In this document: in pieces, positions 32,148 to 40,898 of the stretch
How positions within the stretch are numbered: position 1 is the stretch's first letter
Layout: the number at the start of each line of letters is the position of its first letter
Assembly: GCA_964386875.1 (NCBI GenBank)
Contig: CAYLUK010000001.1
Coordinates: 1 to 45,294 of the forward strand
DNA length: 45,294 nt
Reading direction: 5' to 3'
Source of the DNA: an uncultured Gammaproteobacteria bacterium
Lineage (GTDB): Bacteria; Patescibacteriota; Patescibacteriia; 2-01-FULL-39-33
The notes under the pieces: model-generated
The model's input: only the letters and a program-made list of their open reading frames with translations
Told to the model about the DNA's origin: nothing
Databases searched by the model: none
Translations under genes and position numbers: made by a program

Positions 32148-32185
32148 AAGCCCCGAACCAAAACGTGTTTGGGGCTTTTATTTTC
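32148..32185 (+). terminator. Intrinsic terminator after the GT4 gene
   Basis: AAGCCCCGAAC-caaaacgt-GTTTGGGGCTT followed by TTATTTTC. Confidence 0.65.
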
Positions 32186-32439
32186 TAAAAAAGTCTTCAA
32201 AATAATGCGGTCTTGAAAGATTTAACCACAAAACTAAGGCGAAGACGAACGATTTTGCCATCGTTTATGGCAAAAAGATTTTTACTGTTTAAAACCGCCG
32301 ATTAAAATCAAAAAAAAAGCGGTTGAGCTAAAAAATCTAATGAAGATGAGCAGTTAGGTTTTGTCTATTTTTTTCAACAGTTGCGATTTTGGCTCCACCC
32401 TCATAAAAAGATGGGGATGATATTTAGAATATTTTATTT

Positions 32440-32468
32440 TTTTATTTAATCCTGTTTTGTGTTATAAT
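32440..32468 (+). promoter_or_regulatory. Probable extended -10 promoter of the pilus operon
   Basis: TGTTATAAT at 32460-32468 with a poor -35 (TTTTAT). Only 25 nt to ATG 32494 and no obvious SD. Confidence 0.4.
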
Positions 32469-32493
32469 ATATACAATAATATAACTTCTCCCC

Positions 32494-34221
32494 ATGCTAA
32501 ACCAAAAAGACTTAGAACAAATTTTAAGTAAAAACGAAATCCTAACTGACAAGCAGATCAAGGATTTTGCAACCAATGCCAGAAAGCGAGGCGAGACTCT
32601 AGAAGAATACACCCTAGAACAAAAAGTAATCTCGCCGGCTTTACTTTATGAAAAAGCAGCCAAATTCTACAAATTGCCTTTTATTGATCTTAAAAATCAA
32701 AACATTAGAAAAGACATCCTACAATTAATCCCAGAAATCACGGCTCGCGCCCATCAAACCGTCGCGTTTAACAAAACCGACAAAGAGCTTCATATCGCCA
32801 CCTTAAACATATCAAATATTGAACTGTTTGACTTTTTGGGCAAAAAAACCCAGCTAGAAATAAAACTCCATATCACTAGTCCGGAAAACATCCAAAACGT
32901 TTTAAAAAATTACCACCGAGGACTTAGCGCTGAATTCAAGGACATTGAAAAAGAAAGCGAAAAAAAAGACTCTACTAAGCCGGAAGAACTTAAGAATTTG
33001 GCCCAAGATCTGCCAATTGTCAGAATTGTGGACACACTGCTAGAATACGCCGTTTTAGAAAAAGCGTCAGACATCCATATTGAACCATCAGAAAAAGAAG
33101 TCGGCGTCAGATACCGAATTGACGGCATATTGAAGAATGTTATGACTCTGCCCAAAAACACTCATGCCGGCGTCACTGCCAGAATTAAAATTCTATCAAA
33201 TTTGAAGTTGGACGAGCACCGTCTGCCTCAAGACGGACGATTTAAAATAAAAACCGCCGAATATCAAGTTTCATTCAGGGTTTCTATTATTCCCACTTTT
33301 GACGGTGAAAAAATAGTTCTGCGACTACTGCCGGACCAAAACCAACAACTCACTTTAAGCCAGCTTGGCTTTCATGAAAAATCATTTGAAATTGTCAAAA
33401 ACAATATCGCCAAACCGCATGGTATTATTTTGGTTACCGGGCCGACCGGATCCGGCAAAACCACCACCTTATATACCATCCTGGGCGTTTTAAACAAGCC
33501 GGAAGTCAACATCTCCACGATTGAAGACCCGATTGAATACCGTATGGCCGGCATTACCCAAAGCCAAGTTCAGCCTAAAATCGGCTTTACTTTTGCTTCC
33601 GGATTAAGGTCGCTGATGAGGCAAGACCCGAATATTATTATGGTTGGCGAAATCCGCGACCAAGAAACCGCGGAAATCGCCATCAATGCCGCCATGACCG
33701 GCCACTTAGTATTGTCAACTCTTCACACCAACGACGCTGTCACCGCTATCCCCCGCTTGACTGATATGAAAGTACCAACATTTTTAATCGCTTCCACCAT
33801 TAATCTCATTATTGCCCAACGACTGGTACGAAAAATCTGCCAGGACTGCATTGAAAGCTATAATTTGGACAAAAGCACGATCAAAGAATTAGAATCGCAA
33901 TTTGACTTAGTTAAGCTGGAAAAAAATCTTTCCGACCAAGGTTACTTATCCGGCAAACAAAATATCCGATCAATTTTATTTTATCGGGGCAAAGGTTGCC
34001 AAAAATGCAATGACTCTGGTTATAAGGGTCGAATTGGTATTTATGAAACTCTAGAAGCCGATGATAAAATCTCTGAATTAATCATGAAAAAAGCATCTCG
34101 TGAAGAGCTTAAAACAGCCGCCTTGGCAGGCGGGATGATTACCCTACTTCAGGACGGATTTATTAAAGCCAAGGAAGGCGTGACCACGATTGAGGAAGTA
34201 TTGCGGGTCACCCAAGAATAA
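32494..34221 (+). CDS. pilB: Type IV pilus assembly ATPase PilB (GspE family)
   Basis: N-terminal GSPII_E_N-like domain, Walker A GPTGSGKTTT, Asp/His boxes, tetracysteine motif CQDC...CQKC. Confidence 0.93.
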   Translation: MLNQKDLEQILSKNEILTDKQIKDFATNARKRGETLEEYTLEQKVISPALLYEKAAKFYKLPFIDLKNQNIRKDILQLIPEITARAHQTVAFNKTDKELHIATLNISNIELFDFLGKKTQLEIKLHITSPENIQNVLKNYHRGLSAEFKDIEKESEKKDSTKPEELKNLAQDLPIVRIVDTLLEYAVLEKASDIHIEPSEKEVGVRYRIDGILKNVMTLPKNTHAGVTARIKILSNLKLDEHRLPQDGRFKIKTAEYQVSFRVSIIPTFDGEKIVLRLLPDQNQQLTLSQLGFHEKSFEIVKNNIAKPHGIILVTGPTGSGKTTTLYTILGVLNKPEVNISTIEDPIEYRMAGITQSQVQPKIGFTFASGLRSLMRQDPNIIMVGEIRDQETAEIAINAAMTGHLVLSTLHTNDAVTAIPRLTDMKVPTFLIASTINLIIAQRLVRKICQDCIESYNLDKSTIKELESQFDLVKLEKNLSDQGYLSGKQNIRSILFYRGKGCQKCNDSGYKGRIGIYETLEADDKISELIMKKASREELKTAALAGGMITLLQDGFIKAKEGVTTIEEVLRVTQE

Positions 34222-34232
34222 TAAGAATAATT

Positions 34233-35303
34233 ATGAAAAGTCTCAATCAACTCTATACCGACATGCAAAAAATTCCGGCTAAGGCAAAAATATTTTTGTT
34301 GCAAAATTTGTCACTCATGATCAAAACCGGCATTCCTCTGGCTGAAGCGCTCCAAACCATTGAGAATCAAACTACCAACAAAAAACTCAAAAAAATCATC
34401 AAAGAAGCTCACCTTCAAGTTGAACAAGGAAAGACATTTAGTGAAAGCTTAAAGCCATATCAGAAAGATTTTGGCGATATGTTTATTAATATGATTGAAG
34501 CCGGAGAAGCGTCTGGCCGACTAGAAGAAATATTAAAGCGTCTATACAAAGACACTAAAAGAGAACATGAAATCAAAACCAAGATTAGAAACGCTCTGAC
34601 TTATCCGACAATTATTATACTCGCCATGATCGGTATCGGCACTTTTGTGATATTTTTTGTGTTGCCAAATATTACTCAAGTCTTCGATGAAATCGGCACC
34701 GATCTACCAATTGCCACCAGAATTTTAATCGGCATCAGCGATATCGCTCAACAAAACGGCTTGCTGGCTGGTACCATCGCCCTAATTCTATTGGCAATAT
34801 TTGTTAGAATAATTAGGACTAAATCCGGAAAAAAGATGTTAAGTTATCTTTCATTAAATCTGCCTATTCTCTCTTCAATTGTCAAGCAGATTAATCTTGC
34901 CAGGATCGGCCGAAGTTTAAGCTCACTAATCAAAACTGATATTGCAATTGCAGATAGCATCATCATCACCTCCAAAATAGTCAAAAACTATTATTATAAA
35001 CAAGCCTTGGTTGAATCAGCTGTCCAAGTGAAAAAGGGTGAAAAATTAGAACTTATTTTCAAAAAATATCCAAAACTTTTTCCTCCTATTATCACCCAAA
35101 TGGTGGCAGTCGGCGAAGAAACTGGGGCCTTAGACGATGTTTTGTCACAACTGGCAAATTTTTATGAAGAAGAGGTGTCGCAAACCATGGACACTCTGCC
35201 AATAATTATTGAACCACTGCTGATGCTTCTTATTGGCGTCGCCGTGGCTGGAATCGCTTTGGCAGTACTAATGCCAATGTACTCTCTTACTCAAAGCATC
35301 TAA
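34233..35303 (+). CDS. pilC: Type IV pilus platform protein PilC (GspF family)
   Basis: Two GspF repeats (MIEAGEASGRLEEIL, MVAVGEETGALDDVL), 3 TM segments. Confidence 0.9.
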   Translation: MKSLNQLYTDMQKIPAKAKIFLLQNLSLMIKTGIPLAEALQTIENQTTNKKLKKIIKEAHLQVEQGKTFSESLKPYQKDFGDMFINMIEAGEASGRLEEILKRLYKDTKREHEIKTKIRNALTYPTIIILAMIGIGTFVIFFVLPNITQVFDEIGTDLPIATRILIGISDIAQQNGLLAGTIALILLAIFVRIIRTKSGKKMLSYLSLNLPILSSIVKQINLARIGRSLSSLIKTDIAIADSIIITSKIVKNYYYKQALVESAVQVKKGEKLELIFKKYPKLFPPIITQMVAVGEETGALDDVLSQLANFYEEEVSQTMDTLPIIIEPLLMLLIGVAVAGIALAVLMPMYSLTQSI

Positions 35304-35336
35304 ATTAGAGATAATTAAAAAAATATCTCTCTAATA

Positions 35337-35801
35337 ATGACCAACACCAAACTTCAAATAAATAAAATAACCAAGGGCTTTACCTTGGTCGAGCTTTTGA
35401 CTATCATCGCAATTATTGGAATAGTATCAGCCATTAGTATTCCAATGTATCGCCAGCTTCGCCCCAATCTAGATTTGAACGCCGTTGCTCGTGACATCAC
35501 CTCTGATCTGCGTTATGCTCAACAGCTGGCTGTCACCGAACAAGATATTCATTCGGTTAATTTTGATATTCTCGCTAATAGCTACACCATCATCAATGAA
35601 GATAGCGCCATAACTGTAAAGACAGTTAGTATTAATCCACAAATTGTAATTTCCACTATCAACGACTTAACTGGTAATTCTGTCAGCTTCAACGCCACTG
35701 GTGGCGCCAGTGAATCCGGTATTATTACACTCACTAATATTGATAATGTCACCACCACCATCGAAATCAAACCATCCGGCTATGTCAAAATCCAAAACTA
35801 A
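35337..35801 (+). CDS. Prepilin-type protein, FimT/GspH-like minor pilin
   Basis: Class III signal KG|FTLVELLTIIAIIGIV with Glu+5. DITSDLRYAQQLAV resembles the GspH domain. Confidence 0.75.
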   Translation: MTNTKLQINKITKGFTLVELLTIIAIIGIVSAISIPMYRQLRPNLDLNAVARDITSDLRYAQQLAVTEQDIHSVNFDILANSYTIINEDSAITVKTVSINPQIVISTINDLTGNSVSFNATGGASESGIITLTNIDNVTTTIEIKPSGYVKIQN

Positions 35802-36210
35802 CAACCAGGGCATCACAATTATTGAGGTGCTAGTGACAATAACTGTCGTGGTCGTCGGACTAATGGCAATTGTCCAAACATTTCCAGTTGCTTTTAAATT
35901 AAGCCGAACATCAGAACAAGCCACCATCGCCACCAACTTAGCTCAAGCCAAAATTGAAGAGATGTTTTATCTTGACTATGACAACATTCCAATTGGCGTG
36001 GCCGAGGCTAGACACAGACTATCAAGCAATCCAGACAACCAATTTTATCAATATCAGAGAGAAACTTCTGTTGAATATGTCGACGGCGATCTCAATCCAT
36101 CAATGTCTGAAACTGGAATAAAAAAAGTGACCGTGACAACATATTGGAATAGTGTCATATTTTCGATGGAAAAAAGTATTTCCATTATAATTTTAATTAG
36201 TGAAAAGTAA
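35782..36210 (+). CDS. Prepilin-type minor pilin (PilV/GspI-like)
   Basis: Start moved to ATG 35782 (MSKSKTNNQG|ITIIEVLVTITVVV), 20-nt overlap with the upstream gene. Confidence 0.7.
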   Translation: MSKSKTNNQGITIIEVLVTITVVVVGLMAIVQTFPVAFKLSRTSEQATIATNLAQAKIEEMFYLDYDNIPIGVAEARHRLSSNPDNQFYQYQRETSVEYVDGDLNPSMSETGIKKVTVTTYWNSVIFSMEKSISIIILISEK

Positions 36211-36213
36211 AAC

Positions 36214-36801
36214 ATGATAATGAAATACCAGAAAAAAATATCAAATATAACAAATGGATTTACAATTATTGAAATTTTAATTGCGCTCACAATTTCCATA
36301 ATTTTATTTTTAATTATTACCAATGTCTATAGCATTAGTCAAAACGCTTACGTTCAGACCGACATTAGAGCCGAAATATCTCAAAACGGACGGGTAATCT
36401 TAGATCGGCTAATTCGTGAACTTAGGCAAACTCAAGATATTGTGACAACTATCCCCGAGACCAATGTTGATCCTGACGCCATGCCTGATGAAATAATGTT
36501 TCAAGATGGACATGATACAACGATCATTAAATACATCAGATATTATCTTGACAATTCTGATATTAGACGACAAATAATTGTCTATTACTTTGATGACAAC
36601 CCCGGAGAGTATACCTACTGGTATACCACTGACCCCGTAGGCAACCCGCCCAGTATGGAGATTTTAGAAGACAAAATAATCGGCGAATATGTGTATGACC
36701 TTGAATTTTGGGGAGACGACCTAATAAACATCAATTTATATTTACTCAAAAACAACAAAACTGCCACCATTAACACTGCTGTATATGGTCGGAACTTATA
36801 A
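36214..36801 (+). CDS. Prepilin-type minor pilin (PilW/GspJ-like)
   Basis: Signal ...ITNG|FTIIEILIALTISIILF. Confidence 0.7.
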   Translation: MIMKYQKKISNITNGFTIIEILIALTISIILFLIITNVYSISQNAYVQTDIRAEISQNGRVILDRLIRELRQTQDIVTTIPETNVDPDAMPDEIMFQDGHDTTIIKYIRYYLDNSDIRRQIIVYYFDDNPGEYTYWYTTDPVGNPPSMEILEDKIIGEYVYDLEFWGDDLININLYLLKNNKTATINTAVYGRNL

Positions 36802-36819
36802 TCACCTAATTATGAGTCA

Positions 36820-38157
36820 ATGAATTTAAAATTCAAAAATAAACCCCTAATCAAGCGACATTTAGTTGGTGCCTTTCAACCATCTACTTCAACTGCTATA
36901 TCTATATCCACAACTCCGCCAAAACATTTTTGGTTACTGGGTAAACAAGGATTTGTACTGATGACTTCTGTCCTCGTGATGTCAATCCTTTTACTATTGT
37001 CTATATATGTAGTGAGTTTTACTATTACTGAATATAAAATATCAAACAGTCACTCCATCGCAACCAAAACATATTATCTGACGGAAAGCGGTATTGCTGA
37101 AGCCATTTGGCGCATTAAAAATGATGCCACTTGGAAAAGTAATTTTGAAACCGACCCAAACTGGTCTATCACCTTCACTCGCGATCCCGCGTTATATTCA
37201 AATGGTTCCTATCAAATTCAAATAGACAATAGCAGTCTGGCTCGTGGTATGATTACAGTCACCGGCTACATTCAAATTGGCGACAGCACTGCTCAACGAG
37301 TCGTCCAAACATCAGTCTATAAAGCAATTGGCGAGACCGGCTTAATTGATAACGGCGAAGTCGCTGATGGCGTTGTCAACCTGACTGGTACGGTACTCAA
37401 CATTCACAATGGCAGTATGCATGCCAATAGCAACATTATTGTTGATTTTTGGAGCATAATAAACGCTGACAATGAAGTCAGGGCCACCGGTAATATTAAT
37501 ATTAATTGGAACTCATCTGTCGTGGCAACAGCCAAAAGGTCATCAAATTATCCGCCAGCGCCCGACTATCTGCCTATTCCAGCGGTTTCTTTTGATGACC
37601 CGAGCGATCCTGACTCATACCTTAATCAAGCAACTTTGGCCGGACAGGTGTATGATGATGATGATTTTGAAGATTTGATGTGGGCCAATCAAAACCTGAC
37701 CTTAAACGGCGTCACTTATGTGATGGGCGATATTGAAATAAAAGGCGACCAAAACTTGACTATCAATGGCGTGTTGGTAGCTGACGGCGATATTGAGGTG
37801 GGCAAAAATACCATTTTTTGCTGTTGGGGCGCCAGATGTGGCCAGTCAGAAGTGACCATAGATCAAACATCTTCTACTTCACCGGCTGGACTACTGTCAA
37901 AGGGTCGAATAGATTTTGAGTTATGCCTAGACTCATACCAAGCTGATGGCTTGACCTATGCCACCGACAAAATAAACGTCTTAGGTGTCCCCGGTGATTT
38001 TGATGTTTGGGGCGCTTTAGTGTCTCGAAAACTCACCCTAACCAGCATCTGGCAAAACATAGATATTTTTTTTGATAATTATGCAATTGCTTATACCATG
38101 GGTGATCCGGCGTATTCACCGGTCGTCACAGTGGAGCATTGGGAAGAGGAATATTAG
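36820..38157 (+). CDS. Large PilX_N-like pilus-associated protein with a beta-helix-like C-terminal region
   Basis: Hydrophobic segment GKQGFVLMTSVLVMSILLLLSIYVV without Glu+5. Following TEYKISNSHSIATKTYYLTESG resembles PilX N-terminal domains. Repetitive N/G/V-rich C-terminal half with a CCWGARCG cluster. Confidence 0.55.
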   Translation: MNLKFKNKPLIKRHLVGAFQPSTSTAISISTTPPKHFWLLGKQGFVLMTSVLVMSILLLLSIYVVSFTITEYKISNSHSIATKTYYLTESGIAEAIWRIKNDATWKSNFETDPNWSITFTRDPALYSNGSYQIQIDNSSLARGMITVTGYIQIGDSTAQRVVQTSVYKAIGETGLIDNGEVADGVVNLTGTVLNIHNGSMHANSNIIVDFWSIINADNEVRATGNININWNSSVVATAKRSSNYPPAPDYLPIPAVSFDDPSDPDSYLNQATLAGQVYDDDDFEDLMWANQNLTLNGVTYVMGDIEIKGDQNLTINGVLVADGDIEVGKNTIFCCWGARCGQSEVTIDQTSSTSPAGLLSKGRIDFELCLDSYQADGLTYATDKINVLGVPGDFDVWGALVSRKLTLTSIWQNIDIFFDNYAIAYTMGDPAYSPVVTVEHWEEEY

Positions 38158-38279
38158 AGAAAATTTCTAATTCACCTAATTTCTAATTATTTTTTTATCA
38201 CAAATCTGTTATAATAAGTAATAAGCTAGATAAATTTAATTTTTTATTTTATTAATTTTTTAATTTCTTAATCTAGGTT

Positions 38280-39341
38280 ATGTCATTTTTTACCACCAAA
38301 GAAATTGCCTTCGGACTTGATATTTCAGACCATAAGCTTCGTCTGATTCAATTGGCACAAAAAGGCAGAAACATAAATGTTCAATTATATAATGAGGTAG
38401 ATTTAATACCTGATTGTCTTGTCAGTGGTGATATCAAAAAACCAGAAGCGTTATTAAGCTCGCTTAAAAAACTGACCAAAACCGTCCATGGCAAAGGCAA
38501 GCTTAGCGATGAAGTGATAGTCGTACTGCCGGAAGAGAAAACATTTCTCAAAACTATAGCTATGCCGATCACAGAAAATAAGAATATGGATCAAGAGTTA
38601 AAAAAAAATTTACCTCAACATGTACCGATAAATTTTGATAATGTCTACATTGATTGGCAAATAATAAAAACCAGTGACACCAGTCAGACCGTACTAATCG
38701 GTTCTTCGCCCAAAGAAATCGTGGACTCTTATGTTAATATTCTCAACCGGGCCAACCTGATGCCGACTGTGGTTGAAATTGAAGCTACTGCCATTGCCCG
38801 AGCTTTAATTGATGCCAAAAATAATCAAAATGCCCAAATTATTATTGACATCGGCGCCAATCGGACCGGGCTATTCCTATACGACGAAGATACCATAAAA
38901 TTTACCATCAGTCTGCCACTATCAGGCAAACAAATTACTCAGCTGATAGTTGATACTTTAGATCTTGATTGGCAAAAAGCTGAACAAGCCAAAATCGTCT
39001 GTGGTCTTGATCGTGAAAAATGTCATGGCGCACTGCTTGAAATATTTACCGATACCATTAATAAATTAGAAAATCATATCAAACAAACAATGGAATTCTA
39101 CTACAACAACTATGGCAGTGAGAAAAAAGTTGAAAAAATCATTCTATGTGGTGGTGGCGCAAACTTTATCAATATCACTCAAATTTTAGAAGAAAGACTT
39201 GGCATTACCACCGCCATCAGCAATCCATGGGAAAGGATCAAAAATCCAAATCCCGACTACTTTAATTGCCACCGAACCCAATCATTCATTACTACCCTTG
39301 GACTGGGTCTTCGTGGCCTTAATCCTGAAACTTTCCTATGA
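38280..39341 (+). CDS. pilM: Type IV pilus assembly protein PilM (actin-like ATPase fold)
   Basis: GLDISDHKLRLIQL, IIDIGANRTGLFLY, ILCGGGANF. Confidence 0.85.
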   Translation: MSFFTTKEIAFGLDISDHKLRLIQLAQKGRNINVQLYNEVDLIPDCLVSGDIKKPEALLSSLKKLTKTVHGKGKLSDEVIVVLPEEKTFLKTIAMPITENKNMDQELKKNLPQHVPINFDNVYIDWQIIKTSDTSQTVLIGSSPKEIVDSYVNILNRANLMPTVVEIEATAIARALIDAKNNQNAQIIIDIGANRTGLFLYDEDTIKFTISLPLSGKQITQLIVDTLDLDWQKAEQAKIVCGLDREKCHGALLEIFTDTINKLENHIKQTMEFYYNNYGSEKKVEKIILCGGGANFINITQILEERLGITTAISNPWERIKNPNPDYFNCHRTQSFITTLGLGLRGLNPETFL

Positions 39342-39874
39342 TCAATATTAATCTATTGTCACCAACCCAAAAGAGTGAGCTAAAGACAAAAAGAATTTAT
39401 ATTGCCATCAAAGAACTAGTGATGCTGATTTTGCTATTTACAATTATTATGGCGATTATGCTTCTGACTTCCCGCTATTACTTGGAAATTCAACTGGCAG
39501 ATTTAATAGAGCAAAATGCCGTCAGTATCAATATCGGCCAACAAACCTCACAAAAAATCAAAGACATCAACCAAAAAATTAACAGTGCTTTAGACATTCA
39601 AGCCAAGTTTAAAAAATGGTCAATGTTTATGACTGAACTGTCAAACATTACTCCGGACAATATCAGCTACAGCTTTGTCAAAGTGTATCATCAAGCTGGC
39701 ACGCTAGAACTCCAAGGAACTTCTGCCACCCGTCAAGATTTGATTAGACTGCAAGGAGCATTAGAAAATAGCGACCTACTAACAGAAGTAAATGTACCAA
39801 TTAACAACCTTCTAGCCAAAGAAAAGAATAATTTTAGTATTCAAGCAAAAATTAATTTGGATTATATAAAATAA
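39338..39874 (+). CDS. pilN: PilN-like bitopic pilus assembly protein
   Basis: ATGA overlap with pilM. MININLL N-terminus, single TM, and size typical of PilN. Confidence 0.7.
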   Translation: MININLLSPTQKSELKTKRIYIAIKELVMLILLFTIIMAIMLLTSRYYLEIQLADLIEQNAVSINIGQQTSQKIKDINQKINSALDIQAKFKKWSMFMTELSNITPDNISYSFVKVYHQAGTLELQGTSATRQDLIRLQGALENSDLLTEVNVPINNLLAKEKNNFSIQAKINLDYIK

Positions 39875-40419
39875 TGAGCTTTTACCAGAAAAAATTTTTA
39901 ATCTCAATTGGTGTCACCTTAGTAGTTATGCTAGGTCTGGTTGGTTTGATAATATATCCTGCTTTACGTCAGATAAATCAGATTAAAGTAGATATTTCCA
40001 ATGAAAAAGACAAGCTGGAAAGAAAATTAAATCTGGGACTCAACTTAAAAAATATTCAAAGAGATTTGGCTAGTATTGAAAATGAAATCGGCCAGCTAGA
40101 TCATATATTTATTGCTGAAAATCACGAGCTGGAATTTATCACCACGCTGGAAAACTTGGCCAGTAAGAATCAAATAATGTTAAATATTAATCCTGACTTT
40201 ACAATCACTAAAGAAGACAGCACAAAAATCAAAACTATTCCGGTCCAACTAAATATTTCCGGCAGTTACAACCAAATTTTAAAATTCCTTCAAGATGTAG
40301 AAACACTGCCCTACTACTATAATGTTGATCTGGCCATTGCTTCAAACCGATCAAATTCCACTGGCCAACCAATGACTTTGCAACTCATCGGACAAACATA
40401 CTTAAAAACGAATCACTAA
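39874..40419 (+). CDS. pilO: PilO-like bitopic pilus assembly protein
   Basis: Single TM, coiled-coil, then alpha/beta domain. Position after pilN. Confidence 0.6.
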   Translation: MSFYQKKFLISIGVTLVVMLGLVGLIIYPALRQINQIKVDISNEKDKLERKLNLGLNLKNIQRDLASIENEIGQLDHIFIAENHELEFITTLENLASKNQIMLNINPDFTITKEDSTKIKTIPVQLNISGSYNQILKFLQDVETLPYYYNVDLAIASNRSNSTGQPMTLQLIGQTYLKTNH

Positions 40420-40426
40420 CAGATTA

Positions 40427-40774
40427 ATGAACACAATAAAGCTCAAATTTAATTTGAATAAAATCAAACTAAAAAAAGTGCATATTAATTATTTTGCGCT
40501 AGTGCGATATTTTTATCCAATAACAATTATTATTATAATTATTGTTTTGGGATTTTTTATGTTGTTCTTATATAATAATGTTTATCAAACTATCGCCCAA
40601 GCCGAGGCCTTAACAGATCTACGCAAACATGTTTCCGATGAACAATTGCTAAAAGAAAATTTCGAGGAAATTATAGAAAATATTGAACAAAAAAAGCAAC
40701 CAACCGACATTGATTTTAACAATCTAAAAAATCCATTCCTAGATCTGTCGGTTACTCCAGTTGTTGAACAATAA
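40427..40774 (+). CDS. Small bitopic membrane protein at the end of the pilus operon
   Basis: One TM (YFYPITIIIIIIVLGFFMLFLY) followed by an acidic coiled region. Family not recognised. Confidence 0.45.
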   Translation: MNTIKLKFNLNKIKLKKVHINYFALVRYFYPITIIIIIIVLGFFMLFLYNNVYQTIAQAEALTDLRKHVSDEQLLKENFEEIIENIEQKKQPTDIDFNNLKNPFLDLSVTPVVEQ

Positions 40775-40801
40775 AAACATTAATCTCCTAGTAATACTAA
40801 A

Positions 40802-40824
40802 AAGCGGACAAAATCCGCTTTTTT
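40802..40824. terminator. Bidirectional intrinsic terminator between the convergent pilus and isc operons
   Basis: AAGCGGA-caaaa-TCCGCTT flanked by an A-run upstream and a T-run downstream. Confidence 0.7.
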
Positions 40825-40898
40825 ATATTGTATTTTGATATTTAAATTTTTTTGTATCTTGTTTTTTGTTCCGTGTTATACGTTTTGCGTTATGTATT

